From NCBI GenBank assembly GCA_001179505.1, contig CDMY01000218.1, positions 100,985-164,984 of the forward strand: DNA of 64,000 nt, in the 5' to 3' direction. Below, piece by piece: positions 13,400 through 25,245 of the stretch. Source of the DNA: Vitrella brassicaformis CCMP3155. Taxonomy: Eukaryota; Protista; Chromerida. The translations under genes and the position numbers were made by a program. Position 1 is the first letter of the stretch; every line of letters starts with the position of its first letter. The notes under the pieces are model-generated. The model did not search any database, was not told the DNA's origin, and was given only the letters and a program-made list of their open reading frames with translations.

Positions 13400-16300
13400 A
13401 GTGCGGTTTTGCCGTGCCCTCTGGTGGCCCTCGGAGATCAGGCGTCAGGAGGCAATTGATGGATCGGGGGAGGGAGGGAGGGAGGGAGCAGAGAGGAAGC
13501 TGTTGTGTCGGTCAGTGTATGGCTGGGGTCGGTCTGTCCGTATCAATCAACGAAGCGAGCCAATGGTCCGTCAGGTGGTGTGGTGTTACGCTATTTATTT
13601 GTCTAGCCATCCGATCCACTCATTCCATCACATACCATTACCCGTCCATCTCTGTCCCCCCACACACGCAATGAACACCCGCACCCACTTTTATGCACCA
13701 TCCACAGCTGTGCACACGGGCCGATTTGTCCCGCTGTGTCAGTGAGTGAGAGGGAGAGAGAGATGTTGGTTGGTCTTGCGTCACGGACCTCAAGCACACA
13801 GACAGAGCAACTCTTTCCCCTTCCCCTCACAGACAGACAGACAGACAGACAGCCAGGCGCACTATCGTTTACCCTTTCTCCCCCCCAGCCCATCCCTCCC
13901 TCCCTCCCTCCCTACTCGCTCCATTCATTTCTCTCTCTTTCTTTCTTGGTTCGTCTTTGACCTGCGTGGCTGGCTGGCTGGCTGGCTGCAATGGTCGATA
14001 GATCAGCAATTTTGTCGCCGGGGGCTGGGGGGTGGGGGTGTGGGGCTGACGGATGCCTGTTGGTTGGTTTGTTGGTTGGTTGAGGTTGTGGCGGGCCGAT
14101 CGATCGGCTGCGTGCGCACTTTGAACAAGAGCAAGAGACGCACATCTATAGACACAAGGTACTTACGTATGGACACATACTCCGTGCCTGCCTGCCTGCC
14201 TGCCTGTGCGTAAGATCGTTTCTCTTCTAATTCCTTTCTGGTGTGTGTACGATCGACCGACTGACCGACTGACTGACCGACCAAAGCAAGCCCAGCCAGG
14301 CCAATCACTGCTCTCCTTCGTGCGACTCTGCTCTGCCCGTGCCTGCATTGCATTCCATGACGCCTGTCTGTGTTTCTGTGCGTGCGCGTAGCCAGCTCGT
14401 GTACAGCAGCAGCAGCAGCAGCAGAGAAGGGAGGGATCATTATATATCGCTCCGGTCTCTCATGTGGCTGTGTGTGTGTGAGACTCCGTCTGTGTGAGGG
14501 TGGGCGGTGGCCTGTTGGTATGGGGTGTTGGGGTGTGTGCGTGTGGGGGTGGGTGGGGGGCACGTCTGTCTGTATAGCGCTTGTGGTCGGTCGCCTCTTC
14601 TGTCTCTCTCTTTCTTCTTTGCATGTCTACACGTGTGTGTGTGTGTGTTGCGTATATGGATGGTTTGTCCACATCCATTTTTTCGCACGTGAGAGCTGTG
14701 TGTTTTCATGTGAGTGACCCACTCTCTCTCTGTGTTTTGATTGACTCCTCACTCACTCACTCACTCACTCACTGAACGAACGAACGAATGAACGAACGAC
14801 TCCCTGACTCCTCCATGGCTGCACTTGCATACAGCTGCATGTCATCGTGTCGGTCGGTGCGTGTGGGGGGAGGGGGGGAGGGTGTTGGGTGTTGGGGTGA
14901 CTATGTATGGCTTAGTAAATAGATCCTGTTTATCTACCGGGACAACAAAGGGACGCCTGGCTATCCATGTTTGATCAATGAATGGTGGGTGAATGGGGAG
15001 ACTTTTCTATCTCTCGGCGGCGGCGGCCTGGGAGGGATTTTGTGATGGCCATGGCGGTCGGTCGGTGAGTGAGTGTAGGGATGCGTATTTTTGTCATCTG
15101 CCGTGTTGTGTGCGTCGTGTGGGGTGCGGTGGGTTGCTTCTTCTCTCTCTATTGTCGCCATTCATTGCATGCCATCGATCAGCCAGTCAGCCCACCGACG
15201 ACTACTGACTGCATACGCTCCACGGCAGTTTCAGACAAACGCCGTTTGTTTGTTCGTTCGTTCGTTCCCCTCCCCTCTCCGCACACACACACACACACCC
15301 ACGCCCTCATCCACCCACTCACATCCACACACTGCATGCCATCGATGCCTGCATGGCTAGTATGAGTCCATGTGTGTCTACCGCCAGCGAGCGAAAGAAA
15401 AGTCGTCAGATGGCTGGCCGGCCGGCTCCTCCGTTTTCATACGTTTCATGATACGCTCTCGTGGGTGCGCGTGTGTGCCTGTGGGTGGATGGATGGATGC
15501 GTGTGTGTGGGGAAGTGCCCATGGATGCTGGTGCGTGCGCGTGCATTGCGTGTTGATGCCTCCTCACCTCACACCATGGCTGGCCGGCTGGCTTCGGCAC
15601 TTACGAGGACCAAACGAACAAAGTATTTTTTGTATCCACCTACCGCTGCGAAATGGGACGGACACATGCACACACACACACACACACGAGAGGGAGGACA
15701 CACGAGAGGGAGGACGACTGATGGATGTCGCGGGGTGGGTGTCTATGCTCCGTGTCTGTTGGTGACGGAGGGGCCGAGTGGGTGGGGTGTGCGCGCGCGT
15801 GTTCATGGCTGCTCTCGCGTCTGCATGTCTGTCTGTCCGTGCCGCTCGCTTTTTACTCTGGGGTGCGATGATGCGTGCGTGATGCATACGGGCAGTGCAC
15901 ACGAGAGGCTGCTTTGAAAGAAAGAAACAAAGAACGAACGAACGGGGAGTATGTACGTATGTGATGGATCGATCGCTGTGTACGTGTACGCAACGTCCTG
16001 CTGCTGCTGTTTGGAGAGAGAGGGCGTGTATACGTAAGTCTGTCTGCATACTTATACAGTTCCACTACAGGCAGGGGCGTCGCGGTGTGTGTGTCGTATT
16101 ACCTGCTATCTACTTTCTGCGGATGTCTATCTGCTACCTGCTGTCTACCTACTGCCTACTGATGGATGGATGGTCTTGTTTGAAAGTCCAATGCAATGGT
16201 GCGTACTACTCTCTCTGTCTGTAGGCCCGTACACACACATACGTCATGCGTCATGCGTTCGTCCGTAGAGACTGTCTGCCTGTGTGTTGCCCTGTGACCT

Positions 16301-16500
16301 TTGCCTTTATATTTATGTGACATATCTATCAGCCTATCATTCAGCGAGCGGATTGGTCCATCCATCTCTGTCCCGTACGTATCTCGTGTGTCTCTGCGAC
16401 TCGAGTTAACACATCCTTGGATGAAAGATGCTCATGCCCATTGCCCAATCGTCAACATCCCCTCACAACCATCTCACATGGCCCGACGCGAGCTGAGACG
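13400..16500. repeat. Non-coding tract rich in simple repeats ((GGAG)n, (GACA)n, (CACT)n, (GAAC)n, (GT)n, (CA)n)
   Basis: Visible tandem 2-4 bp repeats. No coherent spliced reading frame found. Confidence 0.6.
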
Positions 16501-16596
16501 GCATTGGTCGCGACCTGCCCCCAAACTTGTAAAGATGATGTCGCTCGATTTTTTTCCGAGTCGTTTCCCCCGTCGCGTTCTGTGAGGAAGGCGTGA

Positions 16597-19500
16597 ATGC
16601 ATCATTTCCCTAGATTCGAAGATAGAAGGCCGGTCATCATGTCCGACACACCGTTCCGTGACGGTCACAGTGACGCCGCCGAAGACGGCATGCGTCCGCA
16701 CCCTCCCGCCCCTCCCGCACACCCCTCTGCGGCCGCATCGCTCCTCCTGGGCCGTCTGGCGGGTCAGGGCGGCTTTCCGGCGTCACTTATGGGTCAGTTG
16801 CCGTTGGGCTTCGGTCGGGTGCCGAGACGCTTCGTAGAGTATGATGACGCAATGGAGAAGTGGCTGGCTGTGGAGGAGGGAGGTGAGGGAGGCAGTGAGG
16901 GAGGCAGTGAGGGATGCAGCTAAGGGGGAAGGAAATGGCAAGGAGCGACTCGTTCATATATGGTGTCTGTTGTGTGTGTCTGTGTGTGTGTGTGTTGTTT
17001 GGCATGCAGGTGTGCCGTACGTTCGCAGCGCGAAGCCATTCGCTGACAGTCAATATGGCGGCAAGGAGCAGGTAAAGCATGGAAGAGAAAAACGATAAGA
17101 GTCACATTGTCTGTCCACCCCTCTCTGTTTGCATTCCTGTGGCTGACGGATGGCTGCATTGCATTGCGCTGCATTGACAGGCGAAGGAGGCGGCCATCGC
17201 GTATTTGAAGCAGCTGCCCGCCCCTTCGCGTTTCATGTACCGCCCTCCCGCCGCCTACCACCACGCCAGTCATTTCCCCTACCATCACGCCCACCACCAC
17301 CACCCCGCCATGTCGTCGAGTGTGAAGCAGCGCGTCATGACGGTGTCAGTGCCCACTGAGCTCGAGCTCAGGGCTGCGTTGGCTGACGGCAGAGTCGGAT
17401 ACGATCACAGGAAGGTCAGCAGGCCAAGTCAGACAGGGGGAGAAGGGTGTGAGTGGGTCGGATGGACGTCATGGTGTTGTTTGCCTATGGCGTTTCACCC
17501 ATTTGCAGAAGTTGGTAGTTGGGACTTTGTTTCACGAAGGAGCACCCGTGCTTAGACAGTGGTTCGCCCCCGGCCAATACCGTAAGCAAGCCAAGAAGAA
17601 ACGCCGAAACCCACACATGCAGCCGGAATGAGAAGCTTCGGATCACACCTTCCTCTGTCGTATTTCTTTGCCTCAGGTAACTTCGTCGCGGCGCAGCTGC
17701 GGGCTCTCATGTGGGTCAACGAGCAAGAGCAGCTACTGCAGCGGCCCCGCTCCACCCACAGACAGCGACGCCAGGCCAGCACCCCGCCCCAGCAGACCGA
17801 GACACAAGAGTCGCACGAGGACAGGGAGGCCGCGTCGCTGCATGCCGTCATCGAGGCCAAGAGGCGGGTGCAGGAGATCCGCAAGAAGAAGGCCGACGCG
17901 ACGGTTCCCAGGGTGGATGTGGACCTCACCCTGACCAACGGGCATGACGCCGGTGTGCATGGCTACATCAGCAAGAAAGACGAGGAGCTGATGGACCTCC
18001 TCGACGAAGCCGACAGCCGGCAGCAGCACCAGCAGCAGCAGCAGCAGCAGCGTGAGCGTGAGCGTCCCCCCCGTCCGTACTCGTATGTGCCCCCCACCAA
18101 CCCCACACCCTTCCCACGGCGGCCGCTGCAGTTCCGCCCGTTCAGCTTCGTCCGCCACCCCAACAGCGGCGTGCCGATGCCCTTCAACGCCCCGTCACTC
18201 GTGCAGCGCTTCCACTACCCCTTCAGTCCTCTCATGCCCATGAGTGACACAGGCGGCCGCAGACAGCAGCAGTCGACCAGGGGGCGCAAGGGCTCCTCTC
18301 CCCTCACCCCATCCCCCCCACCCACACCCACACCCCGTAGACACAAGAAATCCCACAACGACACAATCGACGACAGCGGGGTCGTCAGGCGCCAGACGCA
18401 CGAGAGGAAGAGACGGAGCGCGGGGGCCAAGGCACCACATCAGCGCGGGAAGGTCGCCCTTAAGGGGCAGCCCCCGCACCCTCACACACATCGCTGCTAC
18501 CGCACCGCCCGCTTTAGCAACCCCTGCGGCCGCGCATTCCTCCGCTTTCTCGGGCCCCCCACCGGCACGCGACCGGACGACGGTGAGAAGGACGGCGTGC
18601 GCGCCAAGGATGAGGGCGAGATGTGCAAGGAGATGACGGACGAGGTGCTGGCTGAGCTGCTGCTCTCTCTGCGCAAGGGCGGCTTCTACCAGCGTGCAGA
18701 CAAGACAGAGGAGGGGGCGGAGGGGGCGGAGGGGGCGGAGGGGGCGGAGGGGGCGGAGGGGGGNNNNNNNNNNNNNNNNNNNNNNNNNNNNNNNNNNNNN
18801 NNNNNNNNNNNNNNNNNNNNNNNNNNNNNNNNNNNNNNNNNNNNNNNNNNNNNNNNNNNNNNNNNNNNNNNNNNNNNNNNNNNNNNNNNNNNNNNNNNNN
18901 NNNNNNNNNNNNNNNNNNNNNNNNNNNNNNNNNNNNNNNNNNNNNNNNNNNNNNNNNNNNNNNNNNNNNNNNNNNNNNNNNNNNNNNNNNNNNNNNNNNN
19001 NNNNNNNNNNNNNNNNNNNNNNNNNNNNNNNNNNNNNNNNNNNNNNNNNNNNNNNNNNNNNNNGGCGGAGGGGGCGGAGGGGGCGGAGGGGGCGGAGGGG
19101 GCGGAGGGGGGGGAGGGAGAGGGCAAGCGAGACGGGAGTGGCAATGACGACGACCACCAGAACGATGGCGACCGGCCCAAGGACGGCGGCCCGCAGCACT
19201 CGGCTCACCACCAGGAGACACCCAAGTGCGGCCACGCCCATCCGCCACCCACGCGGCCGGCCGATCAGCAGCAGGGCAGCACACCCACCAGCACCACAAC
19301 GCAACAGCCCCACCAGCACGCTCCTACTCCCGTGATCCCCCTGAGCCATCTCACGACTCTTCCCCTCCCATCCTTCGACACACATGGCCGACCCAAGCGC
19401 AAGCGGGACAACATAATGGTCTGCCACGCTGGACGGATTGGCGACCCCTTCCCGCCACAGCACACACCCATGGTCGCTCTCCCGCCCTTGATGCAGCCAC

Positions 19501-19793
19501 AGGGGTGTGCAGGCGGCGAGACTGGCAGCGAGGGCCCGGCCCACAAGAAGAGGAAGGTTCGCGTCGTGCCGGTGCAGTCGGACCAGTATGTTTCTTCAGA
19601 GGGCAGCCATGAGCAGCAGGAGGGCATCGGCCGGCCGTTCGCAGGGCTGCTGCAGGACGGCTTGATCTTCAAGAGAGTGAACGGGTCGGAAGAGCTGGTT
19701 GCCATAGGCAGACGAACGGCATTTCAACCTGTTTGTGTGTGTGCAGGTGAGGTGAACGGATTGGGGGACAGAGCCAAGGCAGTCGACCCATGA
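16597..19793 (+). CDS. ApiAP2-family transcription factor with two AP2 domains and a long disordered tail (spans N gap)
   Basis: Spliced AP2-1: RFVEYDDAMEKWLAVEEGGVPYVRSAKPFADSQYGGKEQAKEAAIAYLKQL. AP2-2: GRVGYDHRKKLVVGTLFHEGAPVLRQWFAPGQYRNFVAAQLRALMWVNEQ. Both follow the V-YD...W-A...F....YG...A...A pattern. Final exon open to 19793. Confidence 0.7.
18711..19108 (+). repeat. 9-bp coding tandem repeat (GAGGGGGCG)n encoding (EGA)n, interrupted by a 300-N gap
   Basis: Units visible on both sides of the gap at 18764-19063. True copy number unknown. Confidence 0.85.
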
Positions 19794-20174
19794 GTAGTGT
19801 TCTTTACACCACAGCACGACAAGACATATCTTTTTGTGTGTCATGAGTGAGTCTGCACACCCACCCCATACGCACCCACTCGTTGACATGATCGAACCAC
19901 ACACAGTGTATGTGTGTGCGTGTGTGTGTGTGTGTGTGAGTGGAAGCGTATCTGTTTGTGTGTGCGTGACGGACGACTCAGAATCCCTTCTCCCCTTTGA
20001 TGCTGAAATGTTCTGGAAACTTGTTCCTCCGCCTCTTCTCCACTGCCATCCTGTCGGCAGAAGCCCTCGCGTCCTCCAACCTGATCGCATCACACGCAGC
20101 ACACCACACACGTGTCTCGTGCCACTTGTTGGCCTTGTGCTGTGTGTCTGCTTACTGCCACTTCTTGGGATTGA

Positions 20175-21347
20175 TCAGCCGGTCTCTGGCCTGCTCGCGA
20201 AGCCATATCTGCAGCCATCCATCCATCCAGCCATCCATCCAGATAATCCCGGCCATGAGTGACAGTAGCCAAGAGTGACCTCTCTAGGATTGGGCAGCAC
20301 CACCCCATAGCGTCCCTTGGTGGTCGTTCGCAGGAGTGCCGCCTCAATCTCTCCTGCCTCATCACCTTCCTGTTCTTCTTCTGCTGCATCCTCCCCCTCC
20401 TCGGCTGACGCAGCCACTTCATCCGCCTGTGTGGGCGATGCCTCAGCGGCCTCAGGCTTGTGACGACGAATCGTCGAAGCGCCCATCACCCTGGCCACAC
20501 AGAGACACGAGGTTGAGAGGGCGTCTTTGCTGTGTCATTTCTCTCTGCCTGCCTACGCGGCTTTGGCTGCCAGTGCGGCCAGCCCTCTCTCCGTCTTGGC
20601 CTCGCGGCATATGTCCACGAGCTCGGTCATCCGGATGCCGCCCTCTGAAGATGTGGGCACCGGCAAGACATGGAGTGCTGTCGACAGGAGCTTGGGCGGC
20701 AGGGGGGCGGGGAGTGATTGTGTCTGTCTCTGCAGGTGCCTCTTGGTCTGGCCATTGGTGTCCTCCTCTGCTGGTGGGGGCTTTCTCTTGTAAGCCGTCC
20801 TCTCCCTTTCAAGCACCTTCCGTCGCTTCTCGAGCAGAATCGTGGCTGAAGTCGTTGATGATACAAACAGACACATGAGAAATGATGAGCCCATACAGAT
20901 GCTTGTATGCCGCATTTGATTCATGTGGCTGGCTGACCGAAGTCAGGTGCGTCTTTCCTCTGTGTGGGCGGCAGCAGGTGTGCGGGGAGTGCAAGGGTGG
21001 ACGGTGCGTCAGGTCTCGTCGACACCGGCGGCCGAGGGCAACTCGCATATCCCACAAACTTCTCTGCAGGGAAAAACGGTATCCATATGCACACCAATCG
21101 CTAGCGAAGAGGACACAAAAAATGGCGTTCATGTGTGTGCGCACGGATGTACCTGGGAGCACGACATTGAAGAGGAATGAGTTGGCCGTCTCCTTTGCCT
21201 GGTGTTCGGCCTCTTCCTCGGGCGTGTAGAGCTGCGTGTATGCAACGAACATGACGCGACCAATCCATACGCAGGCACGTGAGTGCAGGTGTGCTTACGA
21301 TGCCAAAGTGCCGTCGCATCTTCGTGTCGATGAAGCCTTCACGCACG

Positions 21348-21433
<86 letters not shown>

Positions 21434-21699
21434 GAGCGAGTGTGCCATACTGGATGCATGTCTAAGCGCCTGCTGACCTGACACGTCCGGAACGAAGCAC
21501 GGCACTCGCCGCCCCCTGCGAGAAAGAATGAAGACACCGACACGCGAGAGTAGGAAGGAGGGGGCCGCTTTCAGAGCCTTGTCAGCGTGAGTGTCCTTCC
21601 TGACCTTGGGTCGCATGTGATGCTCTTGCCCGTGCGCTGGTCTATCTTGTAGAAGCCACCCGTGAGGGCGTTCTCGCGAACTGACAACGCTGTCGCCAT
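20175..21699 (-). CDS. Hypothetical protein (about 6 exons)
   Basis: In-phase spliced exons MATALSVRENALTGGFYKIDQRTGKSITCDPR / GGGECRASFRTCQ / GFIDTKMRRHFGI / LYTPEEEAEHQAKE..HLTS / ..LLEKRRKVLERER..AAKA / VMGASTIRRHK... 3' end uncertain. Confidence 0.55.
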
Positions 21700-21981
21700 A
21701 ACGAGGACAACTGCAAGATAGCTGAGTCACGTGGGTGGATGTGGGTCTTGTTTCGTGGCGGCTGCTGCTGGAAAAACCCTTGGTTTCGTCCCTGATCCTG
21801 TCCGAGACGGTATGGCCATTACCGGCCCGGCCGGGATAGTGCAAGCTCAATTTTCCTTCCTTCGAGGAAAAGATCTTGGGACTTGAGAGTGCTTGGGAGC
21901 CTGATCTGTGTCGCACGCGCTTTGGGGAGCTTGGGAAGGGAAAGAGGAAATTGCTCCTGCCTCCGACGAAAGCAAGCGGCG

Positions 21982-22020
21982 ATGTCTGGTCCGTGCTCGC
22001 TTTGCGGCAAGTCGACTTGA
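21982..22020 (+). promoter_or_regulatory. 12-codon upstream ORF that copies the start of the downstream MYND gene
   Basis: ATG TCT GGT CCG TGC TCG CTT TGC GGC AAG TCG ACT TGA (MSGPCSLCGKST*) versus true start MSTSGPCSVCGKSTQF at 22120, with similar 5' context (aagca.gcggcgATG). Confidence 0.6.
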
Positions 22021-22119
22021 GGGTGCTTGTCGGAGGAGCTTTGGAGTGCTTTGGCCCGGCCGATCCGGGGAGGGGGGCGTTGAAAAAAGAAAGGGGGACG
22101 ACCAGGGAAGCACGCGGCG

Positions 22120-22935
22120 ATGTCGACGTCGGGTCCGTGCTCGGTGTGCGGCAAATCGACGCAGTTTCGGTGCTCTCTCTGCAAGGTAGGTATATATAGA
22201 ACGCACGGGGAGCGGTGATGTGGATGCTGCACGTGTCGGTTGCTTGCTGTCTGTCTGCAGTCACGATACTACTGCGGAAGCGCATGTCAGAGGCAGGATT
22301 GGCGGAGCGGCCACAAGGAGGAGTGTTCCCGCGATTGTGAGGGCTCACGGGAGACCCATGCCACGGAGATCAGGTCGACATCGGAGGGCGAGGTCTTCGG
22401 TCGCAGCTTCATGTCCTCCAAGCCACCACATGCTCAAGAGGCAATGGAGTACATCTGGGACGCCTTCGACTGTGGGGTGGACACACAAGGCTACATAGAC
22501 AGACGCCGACTCGCCAAGAAGGCCCTCAAGATCGACCCCAACTGCGCCGATGCCCACTCGACACTGGGCTGGTGTCGAATGCAGCTGAAAAAGCTGTATG
22601 ACGAGGCGCTTGTGCTGATGGACCGTTCGATTGAGGCGGCCTATGCGACGGAGCCCGGCCTCAGGGAGGCCTCGCAGAAGGAGGGCGTCCAGCTCCCTTG
22701 GGGCATCATGGAGAACAGGCCGTTCCTGCGGGCGGTGCACGGCAAGGCGATGGTGCTGCACAAGCTGGGGCAGGTTGACCCCGCCATTGGTGAGTGCCGC
22801 AAGATCCTCAAGTGGAACCCGAGCGACAACCAGGGGGTGCGGGTGCTCATCTATGACTGGCTGAAGGAAAAGGGCGCCCACCGAGAGGCCGAGGAGTTCA
22901 AGACGAGCTGGAAGAACAGCTGGGGCGGCTTCTGA
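22120..22935 (+). CDS. MYND zinc finger fused to a TPR domain (2 exons)
   Basis: Exon 1 CSVCGKSTQFRCSLCK (intron 22187-22260) + SRYYCGSACQRQDWRSGHKEEC gives a complete MYND finger. It is followed by TPR helices (KIDPNCADAHSTLG, WGIMENRPFLRAVHGKAMVLHKLGQ, KWNPSDNQGVR). Confidence 0.85.
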
Positions 22936-23100
22936 AAGCAACAGAGCGGCCTCTCGGTGTGTGTGTGTGTCAGTCAGAGAGCGGTGCAATTAATGCTGTC
23001 TTCTGCCTAACAGAAAGGAGGATGGGATTGCCAGCTGATAATCGATCAGTGAACAATCGATTGAATGAATGGAACGGAATAAGTGAGTTCATATTCAGGG

Positions 23101-23539
23101 ACAAATGATGCTGCAATACAGGATCGGTGTCAAGACAGACGACTGCACACAAGATGGCCACTTCTTAATTTCATCCAAGTGAGTGTAGCTGTCTGTCCGC
23201 ATCCATCCATCCATCCACCCATCCATCCACCAAGCGTGTCGTTTCGTCCAGTGGAGATGCACTCCCAGTCAGTATGTCATGCCGAGTGCCAAGTGAATGC
23301 CAAACGATATGGGCCCAACAAGATGCTGCACAGATACAGACAGGATTGGTGTCAAGACAGACGACTCAACACACATGCCTACACACGATGGCCACTTATT
23401 CATTCATCCAAGTGAGTGAAGCTGTCTGTCCGCATCCATCCATCCACCCATCAATCCATCAATCCATCGTATCCTTCACTCAATCCATCCATCCACCAAG
23501 CGTGTCGTTTCGTCCAGTGGAGATGCTAGTCCCAGTCAG
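23101..23539. repeat. Diverged tandem direct repeat (about 23101-23272 and 23318-23539)
   Basis: Shared blocks GGTGTCAAGACAGACGACT, GATGGCCACTT, TCATCCAAGTGAGTG, CACCAAGCGTGTCGTTTCGTCCAGTGGAGATGC in both copies. Confidence 0.85.
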
Positions 23540-23545
23540 AACTAA

Positions 23546-24985
23546 CTAGTAAGAAGTGTATCTCTGCAGTGAGGGCGGCGGCAGGGTGATGCCGCACTCA
23601 TGACGCAGCTCGTCCTGACACACACACCAACATGTATACGAGCGAAAGAAGGCCTCCTCGCCTCACTCACCAGTGGTCTGTCGAGCCACTTCTCAACATA
23701 GACTAAATGCAGCGGCCTCTTGACTTTCCTCGCAGCATCAAACGCCTGCAGCACATCACCAACAGGGAGCACCAAGCACGTGTGTGAACGTTGATCGAAG
23801 CCACCATCTTCTCATCGCTGCCTGCCTGCTTACCCATGGCAGCAGCTCATTGAGTAGTATCCTTCTGGGGTAGAAGACCTCCCTCTTCTGGTACTTGAGG
23901 CCCTCAGCGGGACGCAGCGGCACCTCCAGAGGAGACGAAGCCGCCTCACTACTGCTGCTGCTGGTGGTGCTGGCGGGGGATGTTGACGGCTGAGATGGCT
24001 CGCTCGGCTGGCCTCTGCTCGATGGCCCTGCAGCTGTGGTCTCCCCCTGAGGCGCATTGGTGCTGCTGTCGATTGGTTCTTGCCGCACCACTGGTGCTGT
24101 GAAGGCCCCGACAAATGTGCTCAACACCGTCATCTGAGTGACGCAGGGGAGAAAGAGGTGGTATGCGTGTCTGTGTGCGCAGGTGTCCGTGTGTGGGCGT
24201 CACGCCACTCACCGGCAGCTTCGTTTGCGTCATTTCGATGGCCTTGAGGGCCACTTCGCACTCGACAGACGTGTTGAGGCTGAAGGCCACGTGCGCAAAG
24301 TCGTGGAGCTGAACCGCACAGACATCAACACGAACACCGCGACAGCCAGAGACGAAGTGGGTGAGTGCGTGTACTCAATGGATGGATAGCACCTACCCGA
24401 CCTGTCTGTATCGTGTCATGACGTATGCCAGGTTCTCGTCGTCGACATACTTAACAGGGTCACGCTCATGCGGGTGGTACCCAAACGTGTCCAGGAAGCG
24501 GACGTACTCGCGACTGACCACACACACACACAATGGCTGCTTATGACTGCCCAGCAACGAATCTGGTCATCTCACTCATATTAGTACCCCAGTGTGCCGC
24601 GTGGCAGCTCTCTAAGCCGGTCCAGCCTGATTTCTTCTTCCCTTATCAGCGGCCTGTCGTCCAAAACACGCCTGCCCTCTGAATCAGCACTACAACCACA
24701 CACAGACAAGGAAACACGCACCTACATAAATGCAGTGTACTTGCACCTTCTCCCCTTAGTGTTGCGTACGTACCTCATTTGTTTGTGCATTGCAATGAGG
24801 GCCTCCCTGCCAGTCACCTCCCCCAGACAGGCCACCAGGTCGGCCCGCATGGGATCATTGAATGCGCCCAGTGCGGAGCTGACGGCCAGCGAGAGCTTGT
24901 CGAACACTGTTGTCTCGATGTGGTGGTGGCTGAATAGTGACGTGAACTCACGGGCGCTCCGGCAGGCGAGTGTCTGGCGCAGCAT
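23546..24985 (-). CDS. COQ4: Ubiquinone biosynthesis protein COQ4
   Basis: Spliced: LFSHHHIETTVFDKLSLAVSSALGAFNDPMRADLVACLGEVTG..LPRGTLGREYVRFLD..VDDENLAYVMTRYRQLHDFAHVAFSLNTSVECEVALK..LLPW..VYVEKWLDRPLDELRHECGI. HDxxH...E metal motif present. Confidence 0.93.
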
Positions 24986-25245
24986 CGACGCTGAGGGCGG
25001 GATGATGAATCAGAGCAGCACTACATGGACAGGGATCTCTTCCCAGCTCAGTCAGATCAGCCTTTTTTGAAGCGCCTTTTGCCAACTCCCTCAGCAGCAG
25101 CGCTTTCATGCACCCTAGGCGGGCGGCTGCGAGCTTGCTTCGAAGAGAGAGGAGATCTTCTCTCAGATGCATCGCTGTTGGTGAATCGATTGAGTGCAGT
25201 GAGCCAGGCAGGACAGCCGCAGCCGCAGCCGCAGCAGCAGCCGTC

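Noticed and set aside
13400-16500. Cys/Val-rich or His/Thr-rich ORFs
   Set aside because: These are translations of (GT)n and (CA)n microsatellites; the same artefact accounts for most short ORFs in the track.
18195-19544. Long antisense ORFs with (PLR)n, poly-Pro or (RRG)n
   Set aside because: These are alternative-frame readings of the 9-bp repeat, inflated by N translation.
21101-22348. 415-aa minus-strand ORF
   Set aside because: It crosses microsatellite introns and a bidirectional promoter and is antisense to the MYND gene. No protein-like composition.
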